Shown here one piece after another: positions 17,874 to 26,674 of a DNA stretch of 64,000 bases. Where the stretch lies: assembly GCA_021463145.1 (NCBI GenBank), contig JAJTWZ010000003.1, positions 35,319 to 99,318 of the forward strand, given 5' to 3'. The stretch is from Blastocatellia bacterium (GTDB lineage Bacteria; Acidobacteriota; Blastocatellia; UBA7656; JADIYM01). Positions within the stretch are counted from its first letter, which is position 1; every line of letters starts with the position of its first letter. Made by a program: the position numbers and the translations under genes. The notes beneath the pieces are model-generated. The model ran no database searches. It was not told the DNA's origin and saw nothing but the letters and a program-made list of their open reading frames with translations.

Positions 17874-19269
17874 CCAGTCCCGCGCATTGAGCCGACTCGA
17901 CAGGATTCGGGCAGCGGCGGCGTTCGTCTTCTCGACGCCAGCGGCGATAGTGCTCATCGCTGGATGGCCGCACGTCGGTCTGGCCGGCAGCCTTCTCGGA
18001 TCTTTGCTGGCCGTCGTTACCATCGCCGCTGCCGGGTATCTTCCCCTCTACCTCGGGTTGACGGTGGAACGCAGAAAGCGGTTCAGCTGGCCTGTCAGAT
18101 TCCGAATCGTCGCGGCCCCGCTGCTCGCCCTGCTTGCGCTGCCTCTCTGTACGAGCTATAGCCGATTGCTTGCGTGGCTTGGATGCCTTGCGATCGCCGC
18201 GATAGCGGTCCTGTCGGCACGACGCGCCTTGAAGCGGCACGCCGACGCAGACTCGATACCGCTCCTTCCTCTGGAACTGCTCGTCGGCGACATCGCGGTC
18301 GTGCTCATCGTGTCGTCGCAGTCGCCACGTGCCGCGACGATCGGCGCCGTCGGCCTGTCGCTCGCTGCTGTCCTGTTTCTCGTCTCCGCCGAGGGACGCG
18401 CGCGCTGGTACGGGATTGCCGTGGTAGCCCTTGCGTTCGTCTGCCTGCCGGCCCCCGACGCGTCGCTTCCCGTCTGGGTCGTCGCGGTCTCAGGCGCGAT
18501 GCTGGTGGGGGCAGCGGCAGGCACCCAGCTTCTGATGGCAGAGTGCACCCGTCACCATTGCGCCAACGTCGCGGCTACGGTCGAAGAATTGACGGCGTTC
18601 GACTCGGTCACGGCCGAGCACGCTGAAGAGATGCTGGCGACCGCGACCGGGATACTGGCGAGGAGCTGGAACGCGAATCCTCCGGCCGATTCGGAAGCGG
18701 TCGGCCGCTGGTACGAAGCGAACTCGGCGTACTACCTCTACGACCTGGCGCAGTTTCACCTGGCGTACAAGCACATCCGGTTCATGCTCGATATCCTCTC
18801 GTTGTCGAAAGGTCGCGTGCTCGATTACGGCGCCGGCATCGGAGACCTATCGCTCGAGCTGGCGCGCCGGGGTCACGACATCACCTACCTTGACGTCGAG
18901 GGGCGGACGAAGGCCTTCGCCAGATGGCGGGCCGAGCGGGATTGGCTCGAAGTGGCCTTTGCAAGCGAGATCGGCGAGGCTCCTGGCCCGTTCGACACGA
19001 TCGTTTCGCTCGACGTTTTCGAGCATCTCTCCGATCCGTTGCCTGTCGTCGATGCGCTCGTCGAACGGCTCGCGCCGGGTGGAAGAATGATCGTTACGGC
19101 CTACTTCGGTGCGACAAAATCCCACCCGATGCATTTCGACCACGACATCGACCTGGGCGCGTACCTTCGAGCCGCCGGGCTCGTCGACCGGAAGTCATTC
19201 GCGATGAAGCATCTTCGCAGCCAGTTCCTCGGAAAGCGCGGAGTGCTCGTCTTCGAGAAACCGGCGTGA
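17860..19269 (+). CDS. Multi-TM membrane protein fused to class I SAM-dependent methyltransferase
   Basis: Hydrophobic N-terminal half; C-terminal RVLDYGAGIG, FDTIVSLDVFEHL, LAPGG; ATG 17860 overlaps the upstream stop. Confidence 0.8.
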   Translation: MLYADQSRALSRLDRIRAAAAFVFSTPAAIVLIAGWPHVGLAGSLLGSLLAVVTIAAAGYLPLYLGLTVERRKRFSWPVRFRIVAAPLLALLALPLCTSYSRLLAWLGCLAIAAIAVLSARRALKRHADADSIPLLPLELLVGDIAVVLIVSSQSPRAATIGAVGLSLAAVLFLVSAEGRARWYGIAVVALAFVCLPAPDASLPVWVVAVSGAMLVGAAAGTQLLMAECTRHHCANVAATVEELTAFDSVTAEHAEEMLATATGILARSWNANPPADSEAVGRWYEANSAYYLYDLAQFHLAYKHIRFMLDILSLSKGRVLDYGAGIGDLSLELARRGHDITYLDVEGRTKAFARWRAERDWLEVAFASEIGEAPGPFDTIVSLDVFEHLSDPLPVVDALVERLAPGGRMIVTAYFGATKSHPMHFDHDIDLGAYLRAAGLVDRKSFAMKHLRSQFLGKRGVLVFEKPA

Positions 19270-19304
19270 TCGCGGTTAAGTTGCGGTAAGCTGATCGCGG
19301 TCTT

Positions 19305-20240
19305 ATGCCGGACAAGATCCTCATCGTCGACGACGAACCGCAGGTGCGGCAGTTGCTTCGCACGGCGCTCGGGAAGAGCTACGAGATCGGGGAGGCCGAC
19401 AACGGGGAAGAGGCGATCCGGCTCGCCAAGACGGGGGATTTCAGGCTCGTCCTCCTGGACCTGATGATGCCCGGAACAAGCGGCCACGAGGTGTGCCTGC
19501 GGCTTCGTCGCAACCCCCTCACGTGTCACATGACTGTCGTGATGCTGACGGCCCGCGACCGCGAGGAGGATGTAGTTGACGGGCTGCAATCGGGCGCCGA
19601 CGACTACATCGTAAAGCCGTTCAAGATTTCGGAACTGAAGGCCCGCATCGAAAGCCACCTGCGGAGACAGTGGCGCGAATTGCAGGCGAATCCGCTCACG
19701 GGCCTGCCTGGAAACCGGCAGATCGATCAGGTCATCCGCGCGAGCATCGTCGCGGGGGAGGCTTTCTCGGTCTGTTATGCCGACCTCAACAATTTCAAGG
19801 TGTTCAACGACACTTACGGCTTCGCCTCGGGCGACGAAATGCTCGAGTTTTCGGCGCAACTGCTGACACGGACGGTGGCCGACGCCGGCGATGTCGACAA
19901 CGACTTCGTGGGCCACGTCGGCGGCGACGACTTCGTCATCGTAACCGTGCCGGATCGCGTCGAGAAAATCTGCTCCGCGATTACCGAGCGATTCGATACT
20001 GAAGTGGTGCGGTTCTACTCCGAAGAAGACCGCGCCCGCGGCGGTGTCGAGGCCGTCGACCGGCAAGGCCACAACCTCTTCGTTCCGCTGATGGGGATTT
20101 CCATCGCGGTGGTCAGCGTCAACCCGGGCGTATACGAACATCCGGCCCAGATCGGTCAGACTGCCGCCGAGATCAAGAACTTCCTGAAAAAGTCGCAGGC
20201 GGGCGCCGGCAGCAGCTTCCTCGTCGACCGCCGGGCATAG
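19305..20240 (+). CDS. Response regulator diguanylate cyclase (REC-GGDEF)
   Basis: KILIVDDE, LLDLMMPG, DDYIVKPF; ANPLTGLPGN, DLNNFKVFNDTYGF..GD, GHVGGDDF. Confidence 0.93.
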   Translation: MPDKILIVDDEPQVRQLLRTALGKSYEIGEADNGEEAIRLAKTGDFRLVLLDLMMPGTSGHEVCLRLRRNPLTCHMTVVMLTARDREEDVVDGLQSGADDYIVKPFKISELKARIESHLRRQWRELQANPLTGLPGNRQIDQVIRASIVAGEAFSVCYADLNNFKVFNDTYGFASGDEMLEFSAQLLTRTVADAGDVDNDFVGHVGGDDFVIVTVPDRVEKICSAITERFDTEVVRFYSEEDRARGGVEAVDRQGHNLFVPLMGISIAVVSVNPGVYEHPAQIGQTAAEIKNFLKKSQAGAGSSFLVDRRA

Positions 20241-20275
20241 CACGCGCGCGTGGGCGAGATCCCAATGGCCAAGCG

Positions 20276-20845
20276 TCAGTTGACGGTCAGGATTCCGTCG
20301 CCAGGCTTCACGTCTTCGAAAGTTCTTCCGGTGAGGTTCGTCACCAGCGCTTTGAGGATCTTGTCTTCGAGCAGACCGAGCGACGGCGTCTGGATCCACT
20401 GCTGGCCGACTCCCTGACGAAGTCCTTCGAACTTCGCCGAGACTCCAACAAGGGAATTCGACGGCGTGGAGGGAGCGATCTCGACACGAATCTGAACCCG
20501 GGCGCGTGAGATGTCCTGGACGCTGGATGCGCCGATCTCGGCGAAATGGCCGAGCTGAGTCTTCGCGACGATACCGCGGGCGAAAACGACCTGTTCGGTG
20601 ACGATCGTGTGTTTGCCGCCCTCTTCATCGGTCGTCTCGGACATGATCGGAATCTCGTTCTTCTCGAAAAGAGCCTTCGTCTCGGAAATGATGTCGAGGC
20701 GCGATGCGGTGACCGGATACGGGTTTTCCACGGGCTTGAGCGGCTTTTTCTTGTCCCACTCGAGTTGGGCCGATGCCCCGCTGGACATCGTAAGAACGAG
20801 CAGAGACACGATCGCGCAGAACTTGATCACGGCAAAATCCCTCAC
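20276..20845 (-). CDS. Secreted hypothetical protein
   Basis: Signal peptide ending GASA; coupled to the upstream thioesterase gene; no recognised motif. Confidence 0.7.
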   Translation of the reverse strand: MRDFAVIKFCAIVSLLVLTMSSGASAQLEWDKKKPLKPVENPYPVTASRLDIISETKALFEKNEIPIMSETTDEEGGKHTIVTEQVVFARGIVAKTQLGHFAEIGASSVQDISRARVQIRVEIAPSTPSNSLVGVSAKFEGLRQGVGQQWIQTPSLGLLEDKILKALVTNLTGRTFEDVKPGDGILTVN

Positions 20846-20873
20846 CCCACTTGATCTCCCGACTTCGACGAGC

Positions 20874-21353
20874 CTAACAGCGGTCTTCCGCGGTCATCAA
20901 GCGGGCCTCGATCAAGCCGGCTTGCCGCGCCGGAAACGTTCGCGGCCTGCCGTTTCCATTCGTGACGACGTGAGTGGTTGTACCTTCCGCAACGAGTTCT
21001 CGCGAGTCGGCGTCGACGATCTCGTAAGAGAAGCGCATCGTCCGCTTCGACCAGCCGTCGATCCGGGTTCGGACGATCAGTTGGTCGTCGTATCGGGACG
21101 GCCGGCGATAGCGGCATTGCGATTCCACGACCATTAGATACGCATCGTCCTCGCTCTCCATGTCTCGGTAAGAAAAGCCACATTGCCGGCAGAGGTCGGT
21201 TCGCCCGATCTCGAACCAAGTGAAGTAATTGCCGTAATAGACGACGCCCATCTTGTCCGTTTCGGCGTACCGGACCCGAAGCCGGGTTTCGAACCAGAGG
21301 TCGTCCGGGATGTTCAGGTCTCGATTCACGCGATTCGTTCCCGGCGTTGACAC
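20874..21353 (-). CDS. YbgC/FadM family acyl-CoA thioesterase
   Basis: RVRYAETDKMGVVYYGNYFTWFEIGR hot-dog motif; start codon uncertain. Confidence 0.93.
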   Translation of the reverse strand: MSTPGTNRVNRDLNIPDDLWFETRLRVRYAETDKMGVVYYGNYFTWFEIGRTDLCRQCGFSYRDMESEDDAYLMVVESQCRYRRPSRYDDQLIVRTRIDGWSKRTMRFSYEIVDADSRELVAEGTTTHVVTNGNGRPRTFPARQAGLIEARLMTAEDRC

Positions 21354-21553
21354 CGATTCCCGGCGAGGCCGAGAATCGGGCTCGCGAACGGTACACGTTC
21401 GGTGTCGAAACTGTCAAAACTGGCGCTCCCCGCTGTCATGCGCCAGGTCTTCCGCAATGCGTCGCCGGTTCCGGAGTTACCCGATGGAATGCGAACCGGA
21501 CCGGCGCGAATCCGCGCGTCGCAAGCGCACCTGCGCAATGAAGAGGAAAGACT

Positions 21554-23509
21554 ATGGCCGCAACCGTTCCGATGTCTCCGGCTCCCGACGCTTCGTCGCT
21601 CGTTTACCTGCGCGCGCTCGCCATACGCTTTCCGAATACCGCATCGGCGCTTGCCGAGATTGCACACCTTCGCGCGGTGCTTACGCTTCCGAAGGGCACG
21701 ATTCACGTAGTCAGCGACGTGCACGGGGAGGATCGAAAACTCAGGCACATAATCAACAACGCTTCGGGATCGCTGCGTCATCTCGTCGAGCGTGTGTTCG
21801 GGCCACGCCTGACGGACGTGGAGAGTCTCGAGTTGCTCAACCTTATTTACTACCCACGGGAGTTGCTTGCTTTCGTCGGACCGCGACTCTCGACGGTGGA
21901 GGCCAGAAAGTCATTCGTCAGAACGAACGTCCGCCGCCTTTTCGAGCTTGTTCACGAGTTGGCGAGCCGCTACAGCGTGCGGGACATCCAGCGAGTCTTT
22001 CCCGAGGCGAGCCGGTTACTGCTAGTCGAGTTGCTGCTCGAGTCGGGAATTGGACGCCAATCGTCTTACGTCGACGCGATGCTCGACGGGTACGTGGATC
22101 AGGGTTGCGACGGCGACCTGCTTCGCACGGTTTCGCACGTGGTGCGTAACCTGCTCATCTACGAACTGATCGTTGCTGGAGATCTCGGGGACCGGGGCCC
22201 ACGAATCGACCGCGTAATCGATACGATCATGCGCCAGCCTCGGGTGGCCGTAACGTGGGGTAATCACGACGTTACGTGGATGGCTGCGTGCCTCGGCCAC
22301 GCGGCGTCGATAGCGACAGTATTGCGGATTTCGCTCAGGTACAACCGCACTGCGCAGTTGGAGGAAGGCTACGGCATCGCGCTCGCTCCGCTCGAGAAAC
22401 TTGCACGCGAAATCTACGGCGAGGATCCGGCCGAGCGGTTCCGTTGCCGCGGCGAAGGATTGCGCGATGCGCTGACGATGTCTCGAATGCAGAAGGCTGC
22501 GGCGATTCTTCAGTTCAAGCTCGAGGGCCAGGTCGTCGCCCGCCATCCGGAATACGGAATGGACGAACGGTCTATCCTGCACCGGATCGATGCTGTGGAC
22601 GGAAGCGTGGAGATCGACGGCAGGCGGTGGCCGCTTCGCGACACGCATTTTCCGACTATCGACTGGACGGATCCGTACGCATTGTCAGAAGCCGAGTCCG
22701 CGTGCCTTTCTCACCTCACCGAGGCGTTTCTGGCAAGCCCAGTCCTTTGGCAGCAGATGCGTTTCGTCTCGCAGAATGGAAGCACGTTTGCGCTTCGCGA
22801 CAGCAATCTGATTTTTCACGGCTGCGTTCCGGTAGACGATGATGGCCGATTCGTCGCCATGCCGATCGCAGGCCGGCACCTGGCGGGTCGCGAGCTTTTC
22901 GAAGCCATCGATCGGGAGATCCACCAGGCGTTTCGGACTCGCGACCCGGGCGCGCTCGACATGATGTGGTTTCTGTGGACGGGTCCGGCATCGCCGCTCT
23001 TCGGAAAGGATAGGATGGCGACTTTCGAGACGTACTTCGTCGAGGACTCGTCAACGCACAAGGAGACCAAGAATCCGTACTTCAAACTAATCCACGAGCA
23101 GGATTTCTGCGATCGCATACTTCGGGACTTCGGTGCCGACCCGGATGTCGGGCTCATCGTCAACGGCCACGTGCCGGTGAAGATCGAAGCCGGTGAATCT
23201 CCGGTGAAGCAGAGCGGCCGCGCCGTGACGATCGACGGGGCGTTTTCCGAAGCATATGGCGACCGCGGCTATACGCTGGTCATCCGGGCAGGGCGGATCT
23301 TCCTTGCTCAGCATCATCACTTCGAGTCGGTTTCGGATGCGATCACATCCGGAGCCGACATTGTGCCGAGGATTGAGGAGATCCGATCCTGGGACGCAGT
23401 CAGAACCGTCGGCGACACGGAAGCCGGCGACAGGATTCGTGACGAGATCGACGTACTTGAAAGATTAGTGGATGCCTATCGGAACAACCTGTTGCGAGAG
23501 GCGGACTGA
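21554..23509 (+). CDS. fbp: Class III (Firmicutes-type) fructose-1,6-bisphosphatase
   Basis: LTLPKGTIHVVSDVHGE, INNASG, LIYYP, GDLGDRGP, WGNHD, LEEGYGI, FHGCVP, SPLFGKDRMATFE, IVNGHVPVK..ESPVK, IDGAFSEAY. Confidence 0.93.
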   Translation: MAATVPMSPAPDASSLVYLRALAIRFPNTASALAEIAHLRAVLTLPKGTIHVVSDVHGEDRKLRHIINNASGSLRHLVERVFGPRLTDVESLELLNLIYYPRELLAFVGPRLSTVEARKSFVRTNVRRLFELVHELASRYSVRDIQRVFPEASRLLLVELLLESGIGRQSSYVDAMLDGYVDQGCDGDLLRTVSHVVRNLLIYELIVAGDLGDRGPRIDRVIDTIMRQPRVAVTWGNHDVTWMAACLGHAASIATVLRISLRYNRTAQLEEGYGIALAPLEKLAREIYGEDPAERFRCRGEGLRDALTMSRMQKAAAILQFKLEGQVVARHPEYGMDERSILHRIDAVDGSVEIDGRRWPLRDTHFPTIDWTDPYALSEAESACLSHLTEAFLASPVLWQQMRFVSQNGSTFALRDSNLIFHGCVPVDDDGRFVAMPIAGRHLAGRELFEAIDREIHQAFRTRDPGALDMMWFLWTGPASPLFGKDRMATFETYFVEDSSTHKETKNPYFKLIHEQDFCDRILRDFGADPDVGLIVNGHVPVKIEAGESPVKQSGRAVTIDGAFSEAYGDRGYTLVIRAGRIFLAQHHHFESVSDAITSGADIVPRIEEIRSWDAVRTVGDTEAGDRIRDEIDVLERLVDAYRNNLLREAD

Positions 23510-23573
23510 CGTTACACAAGCCGGGGATGGATTTGGCCGTGCAATTGAGGCGACGGATATTCCGTGCCGCGCT

Positions 23574-25190
23574 CTAGGGTCGCCGGAATTTCCCGACTGG
23601 CACTGGTAGCTTGAGAACCGCTTCGGAGCGGCGGACGCTGAGCTCGACGACAGTCTTTCCACCGCGAGCCGCGTTGAGGATGAACTCGGCAAGCTCGTCC
23701 TCGGCCATCACGACTGCGTCGCCCGCCATGACAATGATGTCACCGGCCTTCAGGCCGGCCTGGTCGCCGATTGATCCGGCCTTTACGTTGCTGATGAGGA
23801 TCCCGCCGTTCACTCCAAAGTGCCTGGCCAGCTGTTCCGAAAGGGGCACACCTTCCAGTCCGAGATCCACGAGGATCGTGTCGTCGAACAGGGCGTCGAA
23901 CTGTGCGTCCCCCGACTCCGTTTCGCCTCGGAGCAACGCAAGCTCGGCCTCCACATCCCGAATTTCGGCTTCGAGAGTTGCCCGGGATTCGGGACTCTTC
24001 GTTCTACTGAGCTGCGAGCGAAGCATCGACAATCGGAGCTCAGCGGCGCGCACAGGCGACGGCAGGACCACCGCGGGATTTCCGGGCGCAAACGGCTGCC
24101 CTCCCAACACTGCCGCAAGAATCATTGGCTTGCCGTCGCGGATGAGCTCGACGCTCACACTCGTCCCTGCCGGCGTTGCAAGTACGGAGGTCGCGAGGTC
24201 AGCGGAAGTCCGGACCGGAACGCGGTCGAACGCGACGATGCAGTCGCTTCGCTGCAGGCCCGCGATATCGGCCGGACCCTTTGGCGAAACATTACGCACG
24301 AGCACTCCCGCATCGGGCGCCCACGAAGGCTTTTGATCGTCCGGCGTGCCTGAAAGCGAAGATCCGTCGGCACCGAGCCATCCAGCAGCGACGCTGCCGT
24401 TGGCCGATAGAACCCGCCGCGCGACTACGTCGCGAAGGAACGAGACAGTGAGAACGTGCGCCCGTCCAACGGCTGCGAATCGCGCAATTCCCACCAGTTT
24501 GCCATCCGGCGTCTCCACCGAACTGAGGTCCTTCGATGACGTCAAGGCCGCGCTCTCCACGATGGCGTGCACGCCCGCGCGCTCGAGCGCGGGCGTCAAC
24601 GACGACGTCGAAGCGCGAGCCGGATTCTCGACCAGTGCCGGAAACAGCGCGACGCGCTCTACCGGCACCGAAATCTGGGACAACTTGTAGTCCGCGCTCA
24701 CAAGCCGGAGTGTGGCTCCGTCGGCCAGGGGCGCAATCGGTGTGCCCGGTGCGGGCCTGACGCCGCGAAGCCCTGGAACGAACAGGAGCGCAAGGCCAGT
24801 CGGGCCGTCGAATCCCACGAACCTGGCGGGCAGGATGCTACCTGAGGCCGTCGTGATCTGAATGTCGTGCTCGGCCACTCGCGGGTCGAGGTTCACGAGT
24901 CGCGTCACGACGTGTCCGTCCTCGTCGATCAGGACGCCGGACGCCAGATTGATGGTCCGGCCCCTGCCTTGCCTCAACACGCGGACTTCCTGGCCGTTGT
25001 TCAATCCGCCGAGCTGCTGGGCGTGTGCGTTCAAATCGATCCGGTGGTTGACGGACACGATCCAGGGCTCCGGCTTGTGTTGAACCAACTGAGCACTGGC
25101 AGGCCCGGCGCTCGGTAAGAGCACCAAGGCAACGACTACGGCAATCCCGAATCTGCGGAGCAACGAAAGTTCCTGGGCCCTTCCGAACAT
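23574..25190 (-). CDS. HtrA/DegP-like protein (trypsin-like domain plus two PDZ domains), catalytic triad apparently lost
   Basis: Signal peptide; ASGVLIDEDGHVVT, ARFVGFDGPTGLALL, GWLG, GPADIAGLQRSD, AGLKAGDII; no His/Asp/GNSGG triad. Confidence 0.85.
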   Translation of the reverse strand: MFGRAQELSLLRRFGIAVVVALVLLPSAGPASAQLVQHKPEPWIVSVNHRIDLNAHAQQLGGLNNGQEVRVLRQGRGRTINLASGVLIDEDGHVVTRLVNLDPRVAEHDIQITTASGSILPARFVGFDGPTGLALLFVPGLRGVRPAPGTPIAPLADGATLRLVSADYKLSQISVPVERVALFPALVENPARASTSSLTPALERAGVHAIVESAALTSSKDLSSVETPDGKLVGIARFAAVGRAHVLTVSFLRDVVARRVLSANGSVAAGWLGADGSSLSGTPDDQKPSWAPDAGVLVRNVSPKGPADIAGLQRSDCIVAFDRVPVRTSADLATSVLATPAGTSVSVELIRDGKPMILAAVLGGQPFAPGNPAVVLPSPVRAAELRLSMLRSQLSRTKSPESRATLEAEIRDVEAELALLRGETESGDAQFDALFDDTILVDLGLEGVPLSEQLARHFGVNGGILISNVKAGSIGDQAGLKAGDIIVMAGDAVVMAEDELAEFILNAARGGKTVVELSVRRSEAVLKLPVPVGKFRRP

Positions 25191-25201
25191 CGATTTCCCG
25201 A

Positions 25202-25894
25202 TCAGAAAGACACCGTCTCTGATCCGTCGCCAGCTCCGCCCAGGTCAGCCGGGACAATGGTCTCGGAACCGACGAGGAACGAGGGAACGTCGACCAGCCG
25301 TGTGCCGCGATCGTCGGTAACGAGCAGCATTGCGTCATCAGACCCGGCCGGCTGGTAAGCGCGACGCCCTCTGACGACTGCACGGCCCGTGTGTCCCTCA
25401 CGTGCAATGGTAACGACAGGAGAGGAGGCATTCGAGTCGGAGTCCACGAAGCCACTCGAATCGGCATCCGCCGGCCTTGCCGCGGACGCGGGTTCCGCGG
25501 CCGGACGATTCGTAGCAACGACAGCCGTTGATCCTGCCTCAGGCTGTGTACTGGTAGCGTAGCGCGAAACGAAGAGCGTGACGGAGCACACCAGCAGGAA
25601 AGCGGCAGCAGCCGCAAGTCGGGCCTGAGGCCGGAGCGACCAGGGCATCGCGACGCGCGACGGGGTCGAGGACTTTGCCGCTCTAAGTCGCCGATTGAGC
25701 TCCTGATCGAAATCCGCGGGTGCCGTTACTCGCGCCGGCTCGCGCAGCAGCACGCGCAGTGCAATCAATTCGGCACCGAACCTGGAACACGCGGCGCAGT
25801 TGGCCACGTGTCGCGCGGCATCGCTCGGCAACCGGTCAAGGTCGCCTATGTCATCGATCAGCAACTGACACTCTGAACAGTTCATAGACACCAC
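25202..25894 (-). CDS. Zinc-binding (ZAS, zf-HC2) transmembrane anti-sigma factor
   Basis: MNCSECQ...ARHVANCAAC (HxxxCxxC), single TM, directly downstream of the ECF sigma gene. Confidence 0.88.
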   Translation of the reverse strand: MVSMNCSECQLLIDDIGDLDRLPSDAARHVANCAACSRFGAELIALRVLLREPARVTAPADFDQELNRRLRAAKSSTPSRVAMPWSLRPQARLAAAAAFLLVCSVTLFVSRYATSTQPEAGSTAVVATNRPAAEPASAARPADADSSGFVDSDSNASSPVVTIAREGHTGRAVVRGRRAYQPAGSDDAMLLVTDDRGTRLVDVPSFLVGSETIVPADLGGAGDGSETVSF

Positions 25895-25903
25895 TTCGGT
25901 CCC

Positions 25904-26554
25904 TCAGTCTCGCGCCGGCGCTTCAGCCATGAATTTCTCTAGCTTCTCGCGCAGCAGGTTTCGCGCCCGATTGATGCGCGACTTCACGGTTCCTTCTGAC
26001 AGGTCGAGGATCTCTGCAATCTGCTCGTAGCTGTGATCCTCGATGTCCCGAAGAACGAGCGCGGTGCGGTACTTTTCGGGCAGAGTGGCAATGGCCTTCT
26101 TCACGGCGTGACGACGCTCGTCCTCGAGAAGCGCATCCTCGGCCAGCTGCCTGTTGTCCGGAGGATCATGTTCGATGCTCTCCCCGTCGTCGGACTGAAA
26201 AATGCTGAAGAACGAGACCACGCGCCGGCGTTTCCTCTTCCGGAGCTCCGAAATAGCAAGATTGGAAGCGATCCGGTAGATGTATGTAGAGAAGCTGTAA
26301 TTCGCTTCGTACCTGCCCAGAGACGTGTAAATGCGGACGAAAGTCTCCTGCGAGAGGTCGACCGCCAACTCGTAGTCGTTCAGCATTCGGTAAACGAAGT
26401 TTGTGATCGGAGTTCTATAGCGCCGGACGACTTCCTGGAAAGCCAGTTCGTCTCCATCGCGCGCGGCCGCGACCAGTTCGTGATCGCTCAGCGCTTCGAC
26501 GTTCACTGCCGAATTCACGGCCACCTGCGCCTGGAGGACGTTTGCCTGATACAT
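25904..26554 (-). CDS. ECF RNA polymerase sigma factor (SigE/SigW-like)
   Basis: SDHELV..ARDGDELAF, DLSQETFVRIY, FSTYIYRIASN, SYEQIAEILDLSEGTVKSRINRAR. Confidence 0.96.
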   Translation of the reverse strand: MYQANVLQAQVAVNSAVNVEALSDHELVAAARDGDELAFQEVVRRYRTPITNFVYRMLNDYELAVDLSQETFVRIYTSLGRYEANYSFSTYIYRIASNLAISELRKRKRRRVVSFFSIFQSDDGESIEHDPPDNRQLAEDALLEDERRHAVKKAIATLPEKYRTALVLRDIEDHSYEQIAEILDLSEGTVKSRINRARNLLREKLEKFMAEAPARD

Positions 26555-26586
26555 AGCACTACCTTTGCGAGTATACCTGACGCTCG

Positions 26587-26611
26587 AACGGCTTCATTAG
26601 CTCGAGGTTCC
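26587..26611 (-). promoter_or_regulatory. Putative autoregulatory ECF promoter
   Basis: Minus strand GGAAC-N16-CGTT, 32 nt upstream of the sigma factor ATG; matches common ECF promoter consensus. Confidence 0.65.
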
Positions 26612-26674
26612 GGAAGTTTCCACTGGATGAAAACGCGATTCCGCCACGCCCGAGTGCCACTCGGCGGTTCGCAC

